From Alphaproteobacteria bacterium (lineage in GTDB: Bacteria > Pseudomonadota > Alphaproteobacteria > UBA9219): a DNA stretch of 64,000 nt. The stretch spans positions 31,348 to 95,347 of the forward strand of contig JAVEZQ010000002.1 of NCBI GenBank assembly GCA_034002905.1. Direction: 5' to 3'. Under the pieces are notes generated by a model. It ran no database searches and was not told the origin of the DNA. It saw nothing but the letters and a program-made list of their open reading frames with translations. The translations under genes and the position numbers were made by a program. Positions 39,220 to 49,631 of this stretch are shown in pieces (the stretch's first letter is position 1; each line of letters opens with the position of its first letter).

Positions 39220-39587
39220 TAAGCGATCCTCTTTTGACTTTCAATTCACAAACATGCAGCGCTCTTGGCGCTACGGAAAACGTAAACTACCCCTTTTCGC
39301 CGGATTGGCGCAAGGGCTTATTCTCTGTCCGAAACCTTATATTAACCTTGAAAGTATTTCCTTGTAAAGGGTTGCTTATATGAAACGATCAATATTCCTC
39401 CCGTCTTGCAGAACTGCCTCTTGCGCAAGGGTTCTGCATGCCGTATCAAGCTCCCCACACAGCCGGCGGGTCCACGACTTTTCATTGCCTTTTTTGGGTA
39501 ATACAGCTAAGCTCAGCTATACAGTTGTGAAGTATCGTAGAAGGGTTGTTATAGTTAATCGTCCGGTACGTATCAGAAAGGGATGTT

Positions 39588-40259
39588 ATGATTTTTTATA
39601 AAGAAGAACGAATGGCGATGTTTATTGACGGCGCTAATCTCTATGCGGCCTCCCGCGGACTTGGGTTTGATATTGACTACAAACGTCTTTTAGAGCTATT
39701 CGCCGGACGTGCGCGCCTTGTCCGCGCTTTCTACTACACAGCCCTTGTCGAGAACGAGGAATACTCACCGATTCGCCCACTCGTGGACTGGCTAGACTAC
39801 AATGGCTATGCCATGATCACAAAACCGACCAAGGAGTTCACGGACGCCTTTGGCCGTCGCAAGATCAAGGGCAATATGGATATCGAGCTTGCCATCGATG
39901 TCATGGAAATGAGCGATAATGTCGATCACATCATGATTTTCTCTGGCGACGGCGATTTCCGCCGCCTCGTCGAGGCCGTACAACGTCGCGGCAAGCGCGT
40001 CAGCGTTGTCAGCACCATGCGCACGAATCCGCCCATGGTTGCAGACGAGTTGCGCCGTCAGGCCGATAACTTTATCGAGCTGCAAGAGCTGATGCCGCAC
40101 ATTGCGCGCGCCCGTGATCCGAACGCTCCCGCAATTCAAACCGCGCCCGCCGCCCAGCAACCTTCCCTTGAGGAAGTTACAGAGTCCATCATGGCAACAC
40201 AGGAATCGATGAAGGAAGAAGCTGACACAACGCCGCGGTCCAAGCAGGACGTTGCTTAA
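39588..40259 (+). CDS. NYN-domain (LabA-like, PIN-related) protein
   Basis: FIDGANLY...DIELAIDVM...IFSGDGDF...RRGKRV are NYN/DUF88 signature acidic residues. The Ala/Pro/Gln-rich C-terminal tail is of unknown role. Confidence 0.7.
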   Translation: MIFYKEERMAMFIDGANLYAASRGLGFDIDYKRLLELFAGRARLVRAFYYTALVENEEYSPIRPLVDWLDYNGYAMITKPTKEFTDAFGRRKIKGNMDIELAIDVMEMSDNVDHIMIFSGDGDFRRLVEAVQRRGKRVSVVSTMRTNPPMVADELRRQADNFIELQELMPHIARARDPNAPAIQTAPAAQQPSLEEVTESIMATQESMKEEADTTPRSKQDVA

Positions 40260-40282
40260 AGCCTTTCTTGGCACAATCCATA

Positions 40283-40309
40283 AAAAAGCGGCCAAATGGC
40301 CGCTTTTTC
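40283..40309. terminator. bidirectional rho-independent terminator between the NYN-domain gene and smpB
   Basis: aaaaaagcggccaaatggccgcttttt. A 6–7 bp GC stem is flanked by an A-tract and a T-tract. Confidence 0.75.
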
Positions 40310-40797
40310 TATCCGTTCTTGTTACGCATAATACGGGCCTGATCCCGGCTCCAGTCGCGATCCTTAATAGCCGCACGTTTGTCGGCTTGCTGTTTACCTT
40401 TCGCAAGCCCCAAATCAACCTTGGCTATTCCCCTTTTATTAAAATAAATACTCAAGGGAACAATGGTCAGCCCCTCTTTTTTGACGGCGCCAAGCAACTT
40501 GTTACGCTCGCGTTTGTGCAGCAAAAGAATGCGCGGACGGTGGGACTCATGCTGGAGATGTTGGCCCGCCTGTTTATATTCGGCAATATAGGCATTCATG
40601 AGTTGAAGCTCGCCATCTTTCATGACGGCAAAAGACTCCTGAATACTGACTTCGCCACGGCGCAACGATTTAACCTCTGTGCCGGTCAGGATAATGCCAG
40701 CCTCGTAATTATCGATGATGGCATAGTCGTGCCGCGCGCGACGATTGAGCGCGACATACTTCTGAGCCTTTAATCGATCTGCCTTGTCACTTGACAT
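40309..40797 (-). CDS. smpB: SsrA-binding protein SmpB
   Basis: 162 aa. NRRARHDY...GTEVKSLR...LLLHKRE is canonical SmpB. Confidence 0.9.
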   Translation of the reverse strand: MSSDKADRLKAQKYVALNRRARHDYAIIDNYEAGIILTGTEVKSLRRGEVSIQESFAVMKDGELQLMNAYIAEYKQAGQHLQHESHRPRILLLHKRERNKLLGAVKKEGLTIVPLSIYFNKRGIAKVDLGLAKGKQQADKRAAIKDRDWSRDQARIMRNKNG

Positions 40798-40884
40798 AAA
40801 AAATCCATACTCGTTACTTACGGTGGCATCCTATCGAAGATCGTTTATAATGCGTTCGCACCGCCTTCCCAAAGGGATTCTTCT

Positions 40885-42810
40885 ATGCTTCGTCTGATTT
40901 TTGCTATTTTTGCCTTGTTTTTAGCAGGATTAACGCCCGCTCAGGCCTCCCACGGCTATCTTGACGCCTTTGTTGCGCTGGACAAAAGAGAGACTGGACC
41001 CGCCAAATCCCTTGTTTATCGGGGCGGTAACGCAGTCCTTAACAAAGTTCTGAAAGCCGAGTTGATGGCCCAGCCGGGCAATGACTATTCTTTTGATGAA
41101 CTCGCAACCTTTATTACCGAAAATCCGAACTGGCCCGGCCTCAACGGTATCCGCATGATCGCCGAGCAAAAACTGCCCTCCGGTGCAAACTCACAACGAG
41201 TCATCCGCTGGTTTACAAGCTACCCTCCCCTTACACTGGCCGGTTTTTTTCGCTATGCTGACGCGCTTGAAAATAGCAGTGGTCGCAAAAAGGTTGTCGA
41301 GCTTGCGCGTGAACGCTGGATCAATAAAGATATGTCCAAGGCCGAGCAAACAGAATTTCTTGGCCGTTATCGTCACCTTCTGACAAAAAAAGATCATGAA
41401 AAACGTCTAAGCCGCCTTTTATGGGATAACCAAATCGCCGGGGCACGCGCGATGTACAGCTATGTCAGCAAAGACTGGCAAGCTCTGGCCGAAGCCCGCA
41501 TAGCCTTGGCCAACCAGACCAACACAGCGAATGGCTTGCTCAGCAAAGTCCCAGCTTCGTTACGCAAGGATCCGGGGCTCTTGTATGACCGCCTCAAATG
41601 GCGGCGCAAAAACGATCTGGATAAGGAGGCGCTGGATATCCTGCTTAATCCACCCAACGATCCGGATCATGCAGACAAATGGTGGGACGAGCGCAATATC
41701 ATGATCCGCCGTGCGATGGAGGGCAAGGATTTCAACCTTGCCTACCGTTTGGCCTCCAATCACGGCACGATGAAAGGCTTTGACTATATTCAGGCCGAGT
41801 TTCTTGCCGGATGGCTTGCGTTGCGTTTTAAAAACCGGCCTGATATCGCCCACAAACATTTCTCGCATTTTATTGAAGAAGCCGGAACCCCGATCAGCCG
41901 CGCACGCGGGTACTATTGGCTAGGCCGGACCTATGAAGCCGCCAATCAGCCTCATGACGCGCGGCAGGCCTATGAAACAGCAGGCACTATCAACACCACT
42001 TTCTATGGGCAACTTGCTCTGGCCCGCCTTGATTCGAGCCCTGTGATCCAAGCTATGCCGGAGCCCGCCATCCCTGAAAATATCCGTACCGCCTTTTACC
42101 GCAGCAGCCTTATTACAGCCGTTGAGCAACTCTATAATGCTGGCGTCTATGGTCGCGCTGAAAAGTTCTTTAAAGCCGCAAGCGATGTGGCCACAAAGCG
42201 TGTTGACTTTGCCCTTCTCCTTGAGCTCGCCTACCAGCTCCAGCGCCCTGATTGGGCCGTCAAGGCTGCAAAAGCGGCCAACCAGCACAACATCATCGTG
42301 CCGGGTGGTTCTTTCCCTGTTCTCGACATCAAAATACCCCAACCACCAGAGCTTGCTCTAACACATGCCTTGATCCGTCAGGAAAGCCAGTTCCAAGCCG
42401 ATGTGGGCAGCCCTGCTGGTGCCAAAGGCCTGATGCAACTTATGCCCGGAACCGCCAAGGATGTCTGTAAAGAGCTGGGCATCGCCTATCGCCCTCAGTC
42501 TTTGAGCGATCCCGACTATAATGTCCGGCTTGGCACGACATTTATTCAAAAACAGATCGATTCTTTTGATGGATCATATGTTCTGGCACTCGCGGGGTAT
42601 AATGCAGGACCTCGCCGTGCCCGCCAGTGGATCGATCTTTTTGGCGATCCACGCACCGCCAATGTGGACGCCATCGACTGGATCGAGCTAATCCCTATCT
42701 ATGAAACACGCAATTATGTTCAGCGGATTATAGAAAATCTCCAATTCTACAGGGCCAAGCTCAATGGCGGACAAGCTCCTTTGCTCATTATGCAGGATCT
42801 CAAGAGATAG
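40885..42810 (+). CDS. slt: soluble lytic murein transglycosylase (Slt70 family)
   Basis: 641 aa. A signal peptide, a superhelical N-terminal region, and the C-terminal SLT catalytic domain IRQESQFQADVGSPAGAKGLMQLMPGTA...AGYNAGP. Confidence 0.85.
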   Translation: MLRLIFAIFALFLAGLTPAQASHGYLDAFVALDKRETGPAKSLVYRGGNAVLNKVLKAELMAQPGNDYSFDELATFITENPNWPGLNGIRMIAEQKLPSGANSQRVIRWFTSYPPLTLAGFFRYADALENSSGRKKVVELARERWINKDMSKAEQTEFLGRYRHLLTKKDHEKRLSRLLWDNQIAGARAMYSYVSKDWQALAEARIALANQTNTANGLLSKVPASLRKDPGLLYDRLKWRRKNDLDKEALDILLNPPNDPDHADKWWDERNIMIRRAMEGKDFNLAYRLASNHGTMKGFDYIQAEFLAGWLALRFKNRPDIAHKHFSHFIEEAGTPISRARGYYWLGRTYEAANQPHDARQAYETAGTINTTFYGQLALARLDSSPVIQAMPEPAIPENIRTAFYRSSLITAVEQLYNAGVYGRAEKFFKAASDVATKRVDFALLLELAYQLQRPDWAVKAAKAANQHNIIVPGGSFPVLDIKIPQPPELALTHALIRQESQFQADVGSPAGAKGLMQLMPGTAKDVCKELGIAYRPQSLSDPDYNVRLGTTFIQKQIDSFDGSYVLALAGYNAGPRRARQWIDLFGDPRTANVDAIDWIELIPIYETRNYVQRIIENLQFYRAKLNGGQAPLLIMQDLKR

Positions 42811-42837
42811 AACCGAATGCTGCTCGCGCATGGGGGA

Positions 42838-43068
42838 TTACCGTCGCTTCAGTTCATCCAAAACAAACAGGCGCAGGGCGCTTGAAAGATTGCCACGGCG
42901 TGCATGATCGATCTGGGTTACGAGGTGGTTGATCGATACGCCGCGATCCAAAGCGATCCTACACAGCTCGTCCCAAAAAGCGGGCTCGAGCGAAATCGAC
43001 GTGCGATGACCCTCGATCAAGACAGAGCGCTTGCGGCAGCCATCCAGCGTTTTATCCGGCTCAGTCAA
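42838..43068 (-). CDS. ribbon-helix-helix domain protein (RHH_4-like, 76 aa)
   Basis: [31 protein letters not shown]....[11 protein letters not shown] matches the RHH_4 pattern common in alphaproteobacteria. Its start overlaps the fumC stop by 8 nt. Confidence 0.55.
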   Translation of the reverse strand: MTEPDKTLDGCRKRSVLIEGHRTSISLEPAFWDELCRIALDRGVSINHLVTQIDHARRGNLSSALRLFVLDELKRR

Positions 43069-44491
43069 GGGGCTTCACCATATCGGCTGGACGGATCAGG
43101 CGGTCATAATCTTCTGCGCTGAGCAGGCCCAGCTCGACCGCCACTTGTTTGAGCGTTTTCTTTTCGGCATGCGCTGTCTTGGCGATCTTGGCCGCATTAT
43201 CATACCCAACATGCGGGTTAAGCGCCGTGACAAGCATCAGCGACTGTGAAAGCAGGCTTTGAATACGATCTTCATTCGCCGTGATGCCCATCACACAATT
43301 CTTTGTAAAGCTGTCGGCGACATCGGCCAGCAGGTTGATTGATTGCAGGACATTATAAGCAATGACGGGCTTAAAGACGTTTAGCTCGAAATGGCCGTTT
43401 GATCCGGCAATCGTGACCGTTACATGGTTGCCCATCACTTGCGCCGCAACCATCGTCATAGCCTCGGACTGTGTCGGGTTCACCTTGCCGGGCATGATGG
43501 ACGACCCAGGCTCGTTCTCTGGCAAGTTGATTTCGCCAATTCCGCAATTCGGCCCCGAAGCGAGCAGCCGGATATCGTTCGCGATCTTCATGAAGCTAAC
43601 CGCAATCGTGTTGAGCATCCCTGAAGCCTCAACGAGCGCATCACGCGAGGCCAGCGCCTCAAACTTGTTTTCAGCGGTCACAAAAGGCTTGCCCGTCAAT
43701 TGTGCGATTTCCTGAGCAAAAGCCTCGGCAAAATCCTTCTTGGCATTAAGGCCGGTACCGACAGCCGTACCGCCTTGAGCGAGCGGGTAAAGCCGCTTCA
43801 TCGCATCGCGGGAGCGTTCGATGGAAAGCTGAAGCTGGGCGGCATAACCGGAAAACTCTTGCCCCAAGGTGATAGGGGTCGCGTCCTGCAAATGCGTGCG
43901 TCCGATCTTCACAATGCTATCGAAAGCCTGAGCCTTTTCATCCATGGCCGTGTAAAAACGCTCAAGCGCAGGAATCAATTTATCGGAAATCTCCGTAACC
44001 GCCGCAACGTGGATTGCGGTCGGGAAGCAATCATTCGTGCTTTGTCCCCTATTCACATGATCATTCGGATGAACGGGCGACTTGCTCCCAATGGTGCCTC
44101 CCAGAATCTCGATAGCGCGGTTGGCGATGACCTCGTTCACATTCATATTGGTTTGAGAGCCTGAGCCCGTCTGCCAAACAACGAGAGGAAACTCGCCATC
44201 CCATTGGCCATCATAGACTTCCTGCGCGGCCTGAATGATCGCATCACCCAATGCCCGATCAAGAACCCCAAGCTTTATATTGGCAAGGGCTGCCGATTTC
44301 TTAACGGCGCCGAAGGCACGGATCAGGGGGCGTGGCATCTTTTCTCCACCGATTGAAAAATTGCGCAGGCTACGCTGGGTTTGCGCCCCCCAATAACGGT
44401 TGCTTGGAACATCTATCGGCCCCAAAGTGTCTGTTTCAACGCGTGTTGTGGATTCTTCTACGAGTTGTAGGGACATTTCGAGAGCCTCCAT
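43061..44491 (-). CDS. fumC: fumarate hydratase class II
   Basis: [16 protein letters not shown] signature, a [23 protein letters not shown]-terminal region, and typical class II length (476 aa). Confidence 0.9.
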   Translation of the reverse strand: MEALEMSLQLVEESTTRVETDTLGPIDVPSNRYWGAQTQRSLRNFSIGGEKMPRPLIRAFGAVKKSAALANIKLGVLDRALGDAIIQAAQEVYDGQWDGEFPLVVWQTGSGSQTNMNVNEVIANRAIEILGGTIGSKSPVHPNDHVNRGQSTNDCFPTAIHVAAVTEISDKLIPALERFYTAMDEKAQAFDSIVKIGRTHLQDATPITLGQEFSGYAAQLQLSIERSRDAMKRLYPLAQGGTAVGTGLNAKKDFAEAFAQEIAQLTGKPFVTAENKFEALASRDALVEASGMLNTIAVSFMKIANDIRLLASGPNCGIGEINLPENEPGSSIMPGKVNPTQSEAMTMVAAQVMGNHVTVTIAGSNGHFELNVFKPVIAYNVLQSINLLADVADSFTKNCVMGITANEDRIQSLLSQSLMLVTALNPHVGYDNAAKIAKTAHAEKKTLKQVAVELGLLSAEDYDRLIRPADMVKPLD

Positions 44492-44557
44492 GTCAGGGAT
44501 GGATTTTTTTTCAATACCTATCTATAACATCCAAGGCCCCTTTTTGGCCATCATGTT

Positions 44558-45208
44558 TTGTTATCTGTTTTCGTCATGTGGATCGCAACAAAATCTACTT
44601 TTTGCACTGCAATAACCGTTTCCCTTTTATGCCTGAGCACTCCAGCTTTGGCTTCGGAGCAGTCACAAACTGCGCCTGAGGGAAAGATTGCAGGCGTTCC
44701 TTATGTTCAAGATTCAGGTGTGCTCTCGATCAATGGCCGCGATGTCAATTTGTGGGGCATTGAGCGGCTGGCTCCCGATCAACAGTGCTGGCAAGCCGAA
44801 ATGGCATGGTGTTGCGGTGAATATGCCGCCATGGCCCTTAAGCACTTTGTGCAAGGCCGCATGGTAGAATGCGAGATCAAAGAGCCCGCAGCGGAAGGAC
44901 TTCCCGCCTTTGCCGTTTGTACACGCAATAAAGGTCAGCACAAAACGGACATCGCCGAACATCTCGTCTCCTTTGGCTGGGCTTTGGCTAAAAAAGATAT
45001 TGTCGACAACCCTTACGAAGAGTTCGAAGAAGACGCACGGGAAAACAAACGAGGCGCATGGTCAAGCCGTTTCCAAAGCGCGCAGGACTGGCGCGACGGC
45101 ATACAACGTTATATTAGTGAGTCGAATGATGACTCGGCTCAAACGCTAGAGCCACCGGCAGAAGAACCTGCTGACGTAGGAGCCGCCGCCGAAGTGGCGG
45201 AAGAGTAA
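44558..45208 (+). CDS. secreted thermonuclease-family (SNase-like) protein with acidic C-terminal tail
   Basis: A signal peptide (…LLCLSTPALA), then an SNase-fold pattern (GVPYVQDSGVLSINGRDVNLWGIERLAP...ALKHFVQGRMVECEIKEP...FAVC...EHLVSFGWALA...RENKRGAWS). Cys-rich (CWQAEMAWCCGEY). The catalytic residues were not checked. Confidence 0.5.
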   Translation: MLSVFVMWIATKSTFCTAITVSLLCLSTPALASEQSQTAPEGKIAGVPYVQDSGVLSINGRDVNLWGIERLAPDQQCWQAEMAWCCGEYAAMALKHFVQGRMVECEIKEPAAEGLPAFAVCTRNKGQHKTDIAEHLVSFGWALAKKDIVDNPYEEFEEDARENKRGAWSSRFQSAQDWRDGIQRYISESNDDSAQTLEPPAEEPADVGAAAEVAEE

Positions 45209-45209
45209 T

Positions 45210-48200
45210 CTACCTTACGGGAGCAGTCTCCTTACGGGGCTGGTCAGGTGTCGGCTGGGCCAGATTGTTTGGCGAAGGCACAGATTCATTTTGCGACTTA
45301 CTCTTGGGTGCGCTTGGTTGTGTCGAGGACTCGCCAGCATCACCCGAGAAAAAGATATTCCGCAAAAAGCCCGGCGTCAGTAGAGAAACAGGGTTCACGC
45401 TAATATCAGGCTTTGACAAGTCACCTTTCACATCAAAAGAGGCAGCGATGACCCCCTCTCCGCTCCCCCCGGTAAGCACATCACCCAGCAAAGGGATAGA
45501 GCCAAGAATACTGTTCACAAAACTAAACGGCACAACGGTCCCGCGCAGATTGGCTGTATTGTCTTCAAGATTGATACGGCCATCCATATTAATCCCCACG
45601 ACGGAACCAGCCGTACGCACATTGCGCAGATCAATCCGGTCATAATCCCAGATAAACTCGCCCTTGAGGCGATCAAAAGAGGCGTTCCCCGTGATCAGAT
45701 CGATAAAGCCAAAGGGTGAAACAGCGCTAAACAATCGGGCAAGAAACGGCATATCGACAACAGTAAAAGATGTGACCTTAAGCTCGCCCTTAATCTCGTG
45801 GGGCTTTTCCACGGTACTCTCTCCCTCAATCGTAACCTTGCCGCCACGTATACTATTACCAAAGCCAAGACCTTGTACCATCATGCCGAAATCATCGCTC
45901 GCGACAGAAAGCACCTTTTTCCCAAGTTGAGGCGTCAGCTTAATGGTAACGGGCACAGATGACTGCGCAATCCCGAACAGATCTACAGACTCCCACCCTT
46001 TTGCACTCCGTGACGCCTGTAGTTTGAAACTCCCAATCACCCCGTCTTCGCTCGTATAAAGTTTGACAACGCGTGCGGAGATCACCATAGGTGTCGGCGG
46101 CTTTTTTTCTTCGGTCGGCTTAGTCTCTGTCAACGGCTTATCGACTGTCTCGGCACCTGCCTTGCCTGAATCCAGTCCTGAAAGATCAACAGACTCGCCG
46201 GCAACATTAATTGTACTGCTTCCATCCCGCGCAATAGAATAGGCAATATCGGCATTGGTACGGCCCAACACAAACGGCGAAAGAGCCACACTCTTTAACG
46301 TGCTCGTGTTGGCATCCAGCGAGGCGCTGCCTTTGACGGTCAATCCCGCCCCTTGCAAATTGATGTTTGTAAACTGGGAGTCCTTGCCGTCTTGCATATA
46401 AAGGGTGAAGGACACGCGCGCGCTTTCTCCTAACGGTTTGGTCCACGCAATGTCAGGGACCTTTACTTCGGCAGCGTTGAGCGTCGCCTTGACACCGACA
46501 CTATGACGACCCTTTGCAACATTCTGATAATCGACTGTTACGGGTGTCTCACCTTTGACGCTCATATAACGGCCAAGACCATAAAAACGGTTCCACTCGT
46601 CATCCTTGACGACAGCCTTAACATTCGCCTCGTTGATGGGTTTTGATTTACCGCCATCTGGGCCAAAGCGGCTCGTCCACTTAAGCTGCGAGGACACATC
46701 GTTCATGCTAACGGTTCCCTCAAGACCAAATCCGTTTTGTGTCAGATCAAGCGCCATCGCGCCTTTTGATATCTCGATTGAAGGGATCAGGTTTTTCGCC
46801 GCAAAGTCCTTAAGCTGGGCCTTCGCTTTGACATCGATATCTTCAAGCAAAAGATCACTTAACAAGGGCATCGAAAGAGTGACGATGCCTTCGGCTTGCC
46901 CGCTGCAATCATCGGGAACAAGCCCCACGGCTTTGGCATAGCCCAAGGGCGGCAAATCAATCAGTTTCAGAACATCCCGCACCGGCCCCTTGACCTTAAG
47001 GGGAATCTTAATTGTCTGGGTTTCTTTCTGAAAAGCCGCCATCACGATGGTAAAAGGCTCCAGCGTGATCGGACCCGTATGGCCCTGCTCGATCAACACC
47101 TCCATATGGTCCAGATCAAACTTTGCCTTAGCACTCGTATTTTCAACGGCAGGCATACCGTCAAGATAGGTCACGCGTCCGCCCTCGGCCTCGATATGAC
47201 CGCTGCCGGATTCGAGGATAACATTCTCTATGTCATCCAGACGTAAACGCCCATGAAGAGTTACCTCGCCCTGCTTGAAAATACCCTTTGTCATATTCTC
47301 CGCGATCCAACTCCGCGCATTCGGCACAACCGGCTTTGGCCAGATTGTGGTAAAAGCATCCATCGGCAAATCAAACAACTGCAGCTTGAGCACAAATTTA
47401 TTATTTTCCTTTTTCCGGCTCTGCCAGAGCAAATCTTTGGGAACCGGCGTATTCGCCTCAAGAGACAGCTTCATTCTGGGCCCGCCGAAATCAACATCGC
47501 CCTTGGTAATTTTCAGCTTCTCGTCTTCTTTGTCATAGGCCACAGCCAGAATAGCGTTTTTAACCGTACGCGGTTGTTCCCAGAGATCCGGCGCATAGAT
47601 TTTCCCTTCACCAAAAGAAAGATCCAGCGAGGCTGTCGCAATATCCAAGCGGCGATCCGTTCGCACCGAAAACGTTCCAGAAGCCGGCATATCCATCTGT
47701 TGAAGGAAAGTGGCTTCTGGCGCAAAGGGTTGAAATGTTGCTAACCTTATATCTTGAAAAGACACCGACACATTGTGCAGCGCCGTACCACTTTCATGTT
47801 TATAGGTTAGTTGCAGCGCAGATTTGCGTTCTCCTTCTTGCAGATCTACAACAGCGTGCCCAATGGCCTGTAGCTTGTTGTGCGTGAGAGAAAACTCGCG
47901 GACATTCAGGTCCCAGATCTGATCGGGCTTATCCATATCGCTAATCGCTAGCTTAAGATTTTTGATTGCGATATCGTGCTTGGTAAAGGGACTGGCGATT
48001 TCGTCGGCAATGGTTTGCAACACATCAAAAATGCTGATCCAGTTCGTCTTGCTTGCAACACGCGGCAAAGGCGCAACTTTTTGAAGCATCGACGGCGCAC
48101 CGACGCCCAAAAGAACCTGTCCATCTTTTGTCCGAAACAGACGGAACAAAGCCTCGTCGGCCTCGAACGCACGTGGCAAGACCCGTCCTCTTAAAATGCT

Positions 48201-48509
48201 CCAGACACTAACCTGTACACGCGCACGCGGGAAGTTGATGATCGCATGGCTCTGCACATCACTGATCACGACATTCTCGCACTCCAACGCGAGCGTAAAT
48301 TTGGTATTGTCCCACGCGACCGTCGTCTTCCCAATAGCGGCATGACTGTCGGGTACAAGGCGCTCGAAATAACTGACAATATAGGGGGTCCATGCGTTAG
48401 AGTTCATCTGTGCCGTTGAAAGCGACCACACGCCTAGAGCAATCAACACCGTCGCCAAAGCGAAGAGTGAAGCCATAACTCGTGTCAGGATACGCAGCAT
48501 TCGGGTCAT
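45210..48509 (-). CDS. AsmA-family / YhdP-like large envelope protein (1099 aa)
   Basis: An N-terminal TM anchor, a long predicted beta-rich body, and a C-terminal AsmA-like region (…GVIAASFDVKGDLSKPDISVNPVSLLTPGFLRNIFF). Its stop is 2 nt from the convergent SNase-like gene. Confidence 0.65.
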   Translation of the reverse strand: MTRMLRILTRVMASLFALATVLIALGVWSLSTAQMNSNAWTPYIVSYFERLVPDSHAAIGKTTVAWDNTKFTLALECENVVISDVQSHAIINFPRARVQVSVWSILRGRVLPRAFEADEALFRLFRTKDGQVLLGVGAPSMLQKVAPLPRVASKTNWISIFDVLQTIADEIASPFTKHDIAIKNLKLAISDMDKPDQIWDLNVREFSLTHNKLQAIGHAVVDLQEGERKSALQLTYKHESGTALHNVSVSFQDIRLATFQPFAPEATFLQQMDMPASGTFSVRTDRRLDIATASLDLSFGEGKIYAPDLWEQPRTVKNAILAVAYDKEDEKLKITKGDVDFGGPRMKLSLEANTPVPKDLLWQSRKKENNKFVLKLQLFDLPMDAFTTIWPKPVVPNARSWIAENMTKGIFKQGEVTLHGRLRLDDIENVILESGSGHIEAEGGRVTYLDGMPAVENTSAKAKFDLDHMEVLIEQGHTGPITLEPFTIVMAAFQKETQTIKIPLKVKGPVRDVLKLIDLPPLGYAKAVGLVPDDCSGQAEGIVTLSMPLLSDLLLEDIDVKAKAQLKDFAAKNLIPSIEISKGAMALDLTQNGFGLEGTVSMNDVSSQLKWTSRFGPDGGKSKPINEANVKAVVKDDEWNRFYGLGRYMSVKGETPVTVDYQNVAKGRHSVGVKATLNAAEVKVPDIAWTKPLGESARVSFTLYMQDGKDSQFTNINLQGAGLTVKGSASLDANTSTLKSVALSPFVLGRTNADIAYSIARDGSSTINVAGESVDLSGLDSGKAGAETVDKPLTETKPTEEKKPPTPMVISARVVKLYTSEDGVIGSFKLQASRSAKGWESVDLFGIAQSSVPVTIKLTPQLGKKVLSVASDDFGMMVQGLGFGNSIRGGKVTIEGESTVEKPHEIKGELKVTSFTVVDMPFLARLFSAVSPFGFIDLITGNASFDRLKGEFIWDYDRIDLRNVRTAGSVVGINMDGRINLEDNTANLRGTVVPFSFVNSILGSIPLLGDVLTGGSGEGVIAASFDVKGDLSKPDISVNPVSLLTPGFLRNIFFSGDAGESSTQPSAPKSKSQNESVPSPNNLAQPTPDQPRKETAPVR

Positions 48510-48651
48510 GATATCACAGGGTATCCAACTAACTCGTTGATGTCACTAGCAAAGGGCCTCCACTGGCAAAGTGCGCACGAAAGTGATCGCGGGATTGATC
48601 CTTCGCCGCTTCTATGGTTTTATCCCAACAATTTATAATAAACAGATAACA

Positions 48652-49611
48652 ATGGCTATATCCTCTTCCATCCTTACCGCTGACGATACGACTATTGCGC
48701 AGGCTGCTACGCTTCTTCGTCAGGGACAGATTGTTGCGTTCCCGACCGAAACGGTTTACGGGCTTGGCGCCGATGCGACCAATGATACGGCCATCGCACG
48801 AATCTATGAGGCCAAAGGCAGGCCCCAGTTCAATCCCCTTATTATTCATGTGGATGATGCGGCCAGTCTTGATCGCTACGTCGCGGTGAATGATACGGCG
48901 CGCACGCTGATCAAGGCCTTCTGGCCGGGACCATTGACGCTTGTTCTGCCACGCGCTGCGGCTTCGCCCATTGGGCTACTGGCCAGCGCCGGTCTAGAAA
49001 CGCTGGCTGTGCGTTGCCCCGCCCATCCGATTGCGCGGGCCCTCATTCATACGCTTGGTAAACCGATTGCCGCGCCATCGGCTAACGCCTCCGGCACGAT
49101 CAGCCCGACACGCGCCGAGCACGTGGCGCTTTCGCTTGGCGACAAAGTGCCAATGATCCTTGATGGCGGTTCTTGTGATGTTGGTCTGGAATCCACAGTG
49201 CTGGATCTAACCACAGCGACACCGACCATTCTGCGCCACGGGGCGATCACAAAAGAAATGCTGCAAGAGCTTTTGGGTACGATCCAAGAATCCCTCGACC
49301 ATCCCACGCATCCCAAAAGCCCTGGCATGCTGCTCAGTCACTATGCCCCGCGTCTTCCCTTACGGCTTAATGCAACCGAGGCAGGCGATCAGGAAGTCCT
49401 TTTAACTTTTGGTGACGATGCGGGTTGCACAGGTGGGGCGATGCGTTTTCATCTAAGCCCCAAAGGTGACTTGATCGAGTCAGCGGCCAATCTCTTCGCT
49501 ATGCTACGCGAGGCCGATCAGCTTCGTTTTTCCGGCATAGCCGTAATGCCCATTCCGATGCACGGGTTGGGTGCCGCGATCAACGACCGCCTTTCTCGCG
49601 CCGCGCATTGA
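48652..49611 (+). CDS. tsaC: L-threonylcarbamoyladenylate synthase (Sua5/TsaC family with C-terminal Sua5 domain)
   Basis: GQIVAFPTETVYGLGADATN...AKGRP..NPLIIHV YrdC-domain motifs plus a ~130-aa C-terminal domain. The ATG at 48652 is the likely start. The ORF track opens at 48571. Confidence 0.8.
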   Translation: MAISSSILTADDTTIAQAATLLRQGQIVAFPTETVYGLGADATNDTAIARIYEAKGRPQFNPLIIHVDDAASLDRYVAVNDTARTLIKAFWPGPLTLVLPRAAASPIGLLASAGLETLAVRCPAHPIARALIHTLGKPIAAPSANASGTISPTRAEHVALSLGDKVPMILDGGSCDVGLESTVLDLTTATPTILRHGAITKEMLQELLGTIQESLDHPTHPKSPGMLLSHYAPRLPLRLNATEAGDQEVLLTFGDDAGCTGGAMRFHLSPKGDLIESAANLFAMLREADQLRFSGIAVMPIPMHGLGAAINDRLSRAAH

Positions 49612-49631
49612 GATATTGAGAAACGATCGTC

